DNA of 11,630 nucleotides from a virus (Duplodnaviria; Heunggongvirae; Uroviricota; Caudoviricetes): IMG/VR virus record IMGVR_UViG_2534681832_000020; one strand, 5' to 3'. Shown piece by piece: positions 7,180 to 11,630 of this stretch (position 1 is its first letter; each line of letters starts with the position of its first letter). The notes under the pieces were generated by a model. It saw only the letters and a program-made list of their open reading frames with translations, ran no database searches and was not told where the DNA came from. The position numbers and the translations under genes were made by a program.

Positions 7180-8841
7180 TTATATGAAAAAAACCTCATA
7201 CGCTTTCTTTTTCGGTTCCGGATTCAGGGACATCAGGGAGACCGCATTGAAGAGCGCCATCAGCGGGTCAATTTTTCCCCGTCCGCTGGCCTGTTTGGTG
7301 ATAAGAATGGCGTTACCTTTAGGCTCCACCCGGGCATTGCCAACGCACCAGGCCATCAGTGGCTGACCACCATGCATCAGCACTCCTTCAGCCAGTTTGC
7401 GCTCGGTGGTTTTGATGGCCCCGCCCAGCTTCCAGCCCTGGCTTATCCCCACCACACTCTCATCGGGGATCCCGGCTTCCGCCAGTGAATCCAGAATCTG
7501 CCCCACACCTGACGGGTCAATACCGATATGATCCAGTAACTCAGCCTCATGAATACGACGCACATACTCCGCCACTTCCGCCGTGTCATCCCCGACCCGA
7601 CGGACAATCGTCATGTCTCCACAGGCCACAAAATCCTGAAACCGGGATGCCTCACTCTTCCGTCTGACCACCGCGGTTTCATGCACCCAGGCATGGCCCC
7701 AGCCCAGCCATTCGCGGGTTTCCCTGTCACGGCCAGTCACGTACATTCCCAGCAGATCATCCAGGCCCCCGCCGTCAATCCCCACCGTCACCACATCAGC
7801 GCGCTGCAGGATATCGTCCAGGCTGACGCGCCTGCCCTGCTGCTCCCAGAAATCCGCCCCTGCCCAGCGGTCAGAACGCAGGGCAAGACCGATTTCCACA
7901 TTGGCGTGTTTTGACATGAAGCCACGAAATGCTTCCTCACCAGCCTCCCGGGCTTTACGGTACTCCCGGTACAGAAAGGCCTCATCCACCGAATAACCGA
8001 GATTCGGGTTAACCATGGCGAGGTTTTCCATCAGCAGGTGAGCCCCGCTTTCCACCATTTCAGGAGGATGCTCAAAAATCACCGGCAGAAAGTGCGGATC
8101 ATGAATTTTGCCGTCACGGACATCCCGGGCGTACTGCAGTTTCTGTCTGAACACCCCGGCAGGCGGTTCATTCGACTGGGTGGTTGTGTACACCACAAAC
8201 CCTTCCGGACGTGAAGCAAGCCCGCCGATGGCTTCACGTAGCATGTCTTCCGCTTTGTACTGCTTGCCAAACAGCCACAGTTCATCAATCAGTGTCCCCA
8301 CGGACTTGATACCGGACACCGTATTCGGATCGGCTGCCACCACCTTCAGGGTGGTGTCCGTCACCCGATGGGTGATGGTCCGGATATGTGTCTGCACCTG
8401 ACAGAGGTCATCCAGATCATCGTCCCGTCGTACCATATCCCTGGCAGGGTTGAAGGCGTTAGCCGCCACCTCCACGGTCGGGGCCAGAATGGTGTAGCCC
8501 GCCGCCTGCCGCCAGTTCAGTAACAGCGCCGTCATCATGATCCCCGCGGCCAGCGTGGACTTCGAGTTTTTCTTGGGGATAAGGATAAACACTTCCTTGA
8601 TATGGCGTACACCGGTCTGCGCATCATAGGAGCCAAACAGGGCCGCCACCAGGTCAAACACCCACGCTGCACAGGACTCCCCGAATGTCGGGCTACCAGG
8701 TGCATCCACAATCCGCAGTTGTTTAAAAATCGCCAGGGCATGTGCGGCCTCGTCCGGATAAATCGGATCCGGAATAATCGACAGCCCCTTTTTCAGGCGC
8801 TCTGCCCAGTCCGGACATGCCGTGCTCCATACAGGTATCAT
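7180..8841 (-). CDS. Terminase large subunit
   Basis: 553-aa ORF with a Walker A-like motif (ILIPKKNSKSTLAAG) near the N-terminus and a nuclease-like C-terminal half. Its ATG (8841-8839) overlaps the terminase small subunit stop as ATGA. Confidence 0.9.
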   Translation of the reverse strand: MIPVWSTACPDWAERLKKGLSIIPDPIYPDEAAHALAIFKQLRIVDAPGSPTFGESCAAWVFDLVAALFGSYDAQTGVRHIKEVFILIPKKNSKSTLAAGIMMTALLLNWRQAAGYTILAPTVEVAANAFNPARDMVRRDDDLDDLCQVQTHIRTITHRVTDTTLKVVAADPNTVSGIKSVGTLIDELWLFGKQYKAEDMLREAIGGLASRPEGFVVYTTTQSNEPPAGVFRQKLQYARDVRDGKIHDPHFLPVIFEHPPEMVESGAHLLMENLAMVNPNLGYSVDEAFLYREYRKAREAGEEAFRGFMSKHANVEIGLALRSDRWAGADFWEQQGRRVSLDDILQRADVVTVGIDGGGLDDLLGMYVTGRDRETREWLGWGHAWVHETAVVRRKSEASRFQDFVACGDMTIVRRVGDDTAEVAEYVRRIHEAELLDHIGIDPSGVGQILDSLAEAGIPDESVVGISQGWKLGGAIKTTERKLAEGVLMHGGQPLMAWCVGNARVEPKGNAILITKQASGRGKIDPLMALFNAVSLMSLNPEPKKKAYEVFFI

Positions 8842-9401
8842 CCGCTTTCCTCATTCTGGTTATTCACCACCAGTCGGGGAGGTGGTGGCACCGCAAAACG
8901 GTTAGCCGCTTTTTTCGCGGCATCACCTTTTGCCGATTTTTTACCGGCATCGCCTTTTTTATGGTGTGTGAACTGCGCCAGTCGCCAGGCCGCATCCAGT
9001 GCCAGTTTCGGGTCAATTATCAGGTTTTCCACCAGGATCTGCCCCATAGCTTTCACCGGATCGGGAAGACCATCCTCCATATATTCAATACCATGAGATA
9101 TCACCGCGGGCGGAGGCATCTCCGGATTGTTTTCGTCCGGCTGTGGTATTGCAGCCACCTCACGGCGACGGGGTTTATCCTCCTGCTCTGATTTTTTCTG
9201 CCGGTAAACAGGAACCTCATCCACCTCCACCGTCTCGCACTGTTTACGGGCTATAAACGCAAGCACCTCCGGATCTTTTGCCAGCTGCGAGCCTTTAACC
9301 CTGGCTGTCTTCGCCGAATAACCGGCGGCAATGGCTGACGCTGTTTTGTTTTTCCCGGACATGAGCGCCAGCGCAAATTTTCGTTTTTGCGTTGTCAGCA
9401 C
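8838..9401 (-). CDS. Terminase small subunit (helix-turn-helix type)
   Basis: 187-aa ORF from GTG 9401. The N-terminal KRKFALALMSGKNKTASAIAAGYSAKTARVKGSQLAKDPEVLAFI is a typical small-terminase helix-turn-helix. It lies directly upstream of, and is coupled to, the large subunit. Confidence 0.8.
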   Translation of the reverse strand: MLTTQKRKFALALMSGKNKTASAIAAGYSAKTARVKGSQLAKDPEVLAFIARKQCETVEVDEVPVYRQKKSEQEDKPRRREVAAIPQPDENNPEMPPPAVISHGIEYMEDGLPDPVKAMGQILVENLIIDPKLALDAAWRLAQFTHHKKGDAGKKSAKGDAAKKAANRFAVPPPPRLVVNNQNEESG

Positions 9402-9457
9402 AGCCTCCTCCCGGGTCCAGAACGCACTCAGCCGGGTATGGTTCAGCCCATTTTTCC

Positions 9458-9634
9458 CGGCGTCTCATGCCGCAAATGTTAACTGCTGCCTGGTTAACAT
9501 TTGCTGAAAAAGCCAGTTAACATTTTTTTCGCACAACAAACTGAATAATAAAGATAAAAACCGCAAAAATGCCCGGGCAGCCAGTTAACATGTTAACTGG
9601 CCTGAAACGGAATTTTTTCTCTGCATGAGACGGG
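9458..9634. other. Candidate cos / terminase recognition region
   Basis: Noncoding region between the HNH stop and the small-terminase start. It contains five GTTAAC-core half-sites (consensus CAGTTAACAT) at 9478, 9493, 9516, 9584 and 9592, including a 22-bp perfect palindrome gccagttaacatgttaactggc (9580-9601). An AT-rich spacer lies at about 9530-9570. The cluster is flanked by 10-bp inverted repeats cgtctcatgc (9461-9470) and gcatgagacg (9623-9632). Confidence 0.45.
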
Positions 9635-9688
9635 GCGCGGTGTCCGGAGCGATCGTTTTTTACGCCGGATGATACCCCCCCGCTCGGG

Positions 9689-10054
9689 TTACAGTCCGAT
9701 GATGTCGTCCGCTCTGCCACTACCTCCGGACACCTCCGGCAGCGTCGGGTCCGGCATACCACCCGCCGCTTCACGAGCAGACTTTTGTCGATGGCATTCG
9801 GTACAGAGCGTCCAGAGATTCGTCTCCTCATTACCACCACCGAACTGAAGTGCAATTCGGTGATCGAGTTCACTGTCACAGAGGTCAACCACACGACCAC
9901 AGAGACAGCACTGCCCGGCATCCCTGAGCCAGATATGACGCTTGAGGGAAACACGTGCACTGCCACTGACACGACGCTGTTCACCCTTCAGAATATTCAC
10001 CCGTCGGGTATTCAGTGTTTTGATTCTGCTCTGGAGTGTACGAAGCTCAGCCAT
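9689..10054 (-). CDS. HNH endonuclease (terminase-associated)
   Basis: 121-aa ORF with ATG at 10054. It carries the HNH signature CCLCGRVVDLCDSELDHRIALQFGGGNEETNLWTLCTECHRQK and sits immediately upstream of the cos-like region and terminase, as in HK97-like cos phages. Confidence 0.85.
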   Translation of the reverse strand: MAELRTLQSRIKTLNTRRVNILKGEQRRVSGSARVSLKRHIWLRDAGQCCLCGRVVDLCDSELDHRIALQFGGGNEETNLWTLCTECHRQKSAREAAGGMPDPTLPEVSGGSGRADDIIGL

Positions 10055-10095
10055 GTAAAATCCCCGTCATATGGCAATCAGTAAAGGAAATAAAT

Positions 10096-10296
10096 ATGTC
10101 ATCGAAAAACCGGACCCGCAGAACCACAACCCGCAATATCCGTTTCCCCAATCACATGATTGAACAGATCAATATCGCCCTTGAACATAAAGGTTCCGGT
10201 AACTTTTCAGCGTGGGTTATTGAAGCCTGCAGGAGAAGGCTGGCAACAGATGCAACGCATCTGCGTCCGGCCAGCATGACAAATAACGAGAAATGA
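10096..10296 (+). CDS. YnfO/YlcI-like small protein (DUF3950-like, probable ribbon-helix-helix fold)
   Basis: ATG at 10096 with AAGGAAA ribosome-binding site 6-8 nt upstream. The 66-aa product MSSKNRTRRTTTRNIRFPNHMIEQINIALEHKGSGNFSAWVIEACRRRL... has an Arg-rich tail, a short strand and two helices. It is the only plus-strand gene in the window. Family assignment is from memory. Confidence 0.55.
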   Translation: MSSKNRTRRTTTRNIRFPNHMIEQINIALEHKGSGNFSAWVIEACRRRLATDATHLRPASMTNNEK

Positions 10297-10427
10297 ACGT
10301 TCGGTTACAGGAGCAGGTACCCACTGTCCTCCAACAATATTTCATCTTCATACCCGGCGGAACAAGACTTACCCAGCCGGAATGTACAGAATAACAACAG
10401 AGTGATAATTAATTTCTGATGAAATAA

Positions 10428-10760
10428 TCAGGGTGCAGAAGGACTAAAGATAAACGTTTTCTTCACGCCTTTACGCGGCCTGTCCTTCTCAAATCGCCAT
10501 TTTGCCATCGCCTTTACAACCTGCTCATCAAACAGATGGTGCGGCTCTGAACGGATAAACTCAATTCGGGTGACAGTACCATCAGCACCAATATCAAACT
10601 TCACATCAACCCGTCCCTTTATATAATTTGCCGCTGCATAGGCCGGATATTGTGGTAATGCCTTAACCAACTGTCGGGGCATATCTGTTTTATGTTGCGT
10701 ACAGCCCATAACCAGAGAAGACAACAAAATAATTAACGGAAGATTTCTTTTCATTTTCAT
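10428..10760 (-). CDS. Lipoprotein with TonB C-terminal-like domain (moron gene)
   Basis: The ORF has a lipoprotein signal peptide (MKMKRNLPLIILLSSLVMG|C) with Thr at +2. The mature part (LPQYPAYAAANYIKGRVDVKFDIGADGTVTRIEFIRSEPHHLFDEQVVKAMAKWRFE) matches the TonB C-terminal domain pattern. The start is ambiguous among GTG 10769, ATG 10760 and ATG 10754. The gene and its flanks look more AT-rich than the structural genes. Confidence 0.7.
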   Translation of the reverse strand: MKMKRNLPLIILLSSLVMGCTQHKTDMPRQLVKALPQYPAYAAANYIKGRVDVKFDIGADGTVTRIEFIRSEPHHLFDEQVVKAMAKWRFEKDRPRKGVKKTFIFSPSAP

Positions 10761-10774
10761 TCCCGGCACAGATA

Positions 10775-10795
10775 AGAATAAGTCTTATTCTAACA
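10775..10795 (-). promoter_or_regulatory. Candidate extended -10 promoter (TGtTAGAAT) overlapped by a 17-bp perfect palindrome
   Basis: Minus strand reads tgtTAGAATAAGaCTTATTCT about 20-30 nt upstream of the lipoprotein start. The palindrome agaataag-t-cttattct (10775-10791) overlaps the -10 hexamer (10787-10792), the classic geometry of a repressor operator. Confidence 0.3.
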
Positions 10796-11092
10796 ATGCC
10801 ACCCTGTCGGCCATCAATCCTCTGCTTAATGGCAACGACAATTATCCGACTTAAATCACAAATCAGACACATGACATAACAGGTCTTGCGAGGTAACACA
10901 TCGTCCGGTTTCTTCCACCATCGCACCGAACCAGCGACCATGAGGGGACAACGCCGCGCTCCGTTAACGCGGTAAACCCCGGTGCGTATCGTTTTTGATT
11001 CTCCCCGCACACTCGCGCAGAGGAGTCTCCCTGTCGGGCTGCGGTCTCTGTTAATGAGGGAATACAGCGACGATACGGCGCATCAGCAAAAC

Positions 11093-11560
11093 TTAGTTCA
11101 GGCACTGAGTGCGGATATAGTCCTGTGCCCCTTCCAGCTGCTTCTGCATTGTCATCAACCGTTCTCTGAGGATGAAATAATCCCGTTCAGCGGTGTCTGC
11201 CAGTCGGGGGCCGGTTGCATTATCCACGCCGGAGGTGCCGGTGGCTTCACGCACGGTACCGGAGCAGGTGGCGTTGATCCGCAGGCGCTTACGACCAGCG
11301 GCAACATCAGCACGCAGAGTTTCATTTTCAGCTCTCGCATCGGCTAATTCCCTCGAGTATCTGGCATCAAGTGCAGCAACATCACGCTGGCGCTGCTGCA
11401 TATCAGTAATGGTTGCATTTGCCAGCTCCAGCTCACTGACTTTTTTATCGCGCTGCTCTTTGTAGGTTATGGCGTTATCACGGTAATGATTCAGCCCCAG
11501 ACTAAGCGCACCACAGGCCACCAGCAGGGCAATGATGACCACGCACAGTACGCGGTTCAT
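11093..11560 (-). CDS. Rz: Rz i-spanin
   Basis: From ATG 11560 (GGTGG ribosome-binding site upstream) the product MNRVLCVVIIALLVACGALSLGLNHYRDNAITYKEQRDKK...TAERDYFILRERLMTMQKQLEGAQDYIRTQC is closely similar to lambda Rz along its length. Confidence 0.85.
   Translation of the reverse strand: MNRVLCVVIIALLVACGALSLGLNHYRDNAITYKEQRDKKVSELELANATITDMQQRQRDVAALDARYSRELADARAENETLRADVAAGRKRLRINATCSGTVREATGTSGVDNATGPRLADTAERDYFILRERLMTMQKQLEGAQDYIRTQCLN
11155..11340 (-). CDS. Rz1: Rz1 o-spanin lipoprotein, nested in the +1 frame of Rz
   Basis: MRELKMKLCVLMLPLVVSACGSTPPAPVPCVKPPAPPAWIMQPAPDWQTPLNGIISSSENG has a lipobox (VVSAC) and a proline-rich body nearly identical in pattern to lambda Rz1. It lies entirely within Rz in another frame. 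Confidence 0.8.
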   Translation of the reverse strand: MRELKMKLCVLMLPLVVSACGSTPPAPVPCVKPPAPPAWIMQPAPDWQTPLNGIISSSENG

Positions 11561-11630
11561 TTCACCACCAGCGTATCTGACCAATGAAATAACCGGAAGC
11601 CATAATCACAAACACCAGCCAGATAAGGAT
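11557..11630 (-). CDS. 3' end of upstream lysis gene (probably endolysin); partial
   Basis: One frame is open from the window edge to a TGA at 11559-11557 that overlaps the Rz ATG as ATGA, the same junction geometry as lambda R/Rz. The C-terminal peptide ...PYLAGVCDYGFRLFHWSDTLVVK was not matched to a specific endolysin family from memory. Confidence 0.35.
   Translation of the reverse strand, partial: PYLAGVCDYGFRLFHWSDTLVVK

Noticed and set aside
9517-9984. 155-aa minus-strand ORF spanning the cos-like region and part of the HNH gene
   Set aside because: It overlaps the HNH gene in another frame and runs through the GTTAAC repeat array. The HNH frame has the canonical motif, and the repeat region is better explained as a DNA site.
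10861-10990. Possible tRNA or structured RNA in the noncoding stretch downstream of Rz
   Set aside because: Short hairpins exist (for example ccgcg...cgcgg at about 10955-10973), but I found no T-loop GGTTCGA-type motif or cloverleaf arrangement on either strand. It remains unassigned rather than called.
10690-11105. Minus-strand ORFs of 106 aa and 80 aa between Rz and the lipoprotein gene
   Set aside because: Neither has a Shine-Dalgarno sequence. One runs out of frame into the lipoprotein gene and the other overlaps the Rz 3' end. No recognisable protein features.
10982-11347. 121-aa plus-strand ORF
   Set aside because: It is antisense to Rz/Rz1, whose identities are strongly supported.
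1-11630. Integrase, attachment site, IS element or transposase marking a prophage boundary
   Set aside because: None found. The window lies entirely inside the late region, and every sizeable ORF is accounted for by lysis, packaging, head or tail functions or the two moron genes.

Overview
This window is the late (lysis to tail) region of a lambdoid, HK97-like siphovirus prophage from an enterobacterial host, with almost every gene on the minus strand (read right to left). In that order it holds: the 3' end of an endolysin-like gene, the nested Rz/Rz1 spanin pair, an AT-rich moron island with a TonB-C-terminal-domain lipoprotein and an oppositely oriented YnfO/YlcI-like small gene, an HNH endonuclease, a cos-like repeat region, terminase small and large subunits, a fused prohead protease-scaffold-major capsid gene, portal, a tandem-repeat structural gene broken by a 1-nt frameshift, head-tail connector, head closure, gp10-like and DUF3168-like neck proteins, a major tail protein with a C-terminal Ig-like domain, and the start of a tail assembly chaperone. 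Four gene junctions are ATGA start/stop overlaps (8838-8841, 3606-3609, 1703-1706, 1260-1263), consistent with translational coupling. No integrase, tRNA, CRISPR array or IS element was seen. The candidates most worth follow-up are the TonB-like lipoprotein moron with its own promoter and operator, the cos-like site architecture, and the frameshifted repeat protein. All calls come from reading the sequence and remembered family features; no database search was run.
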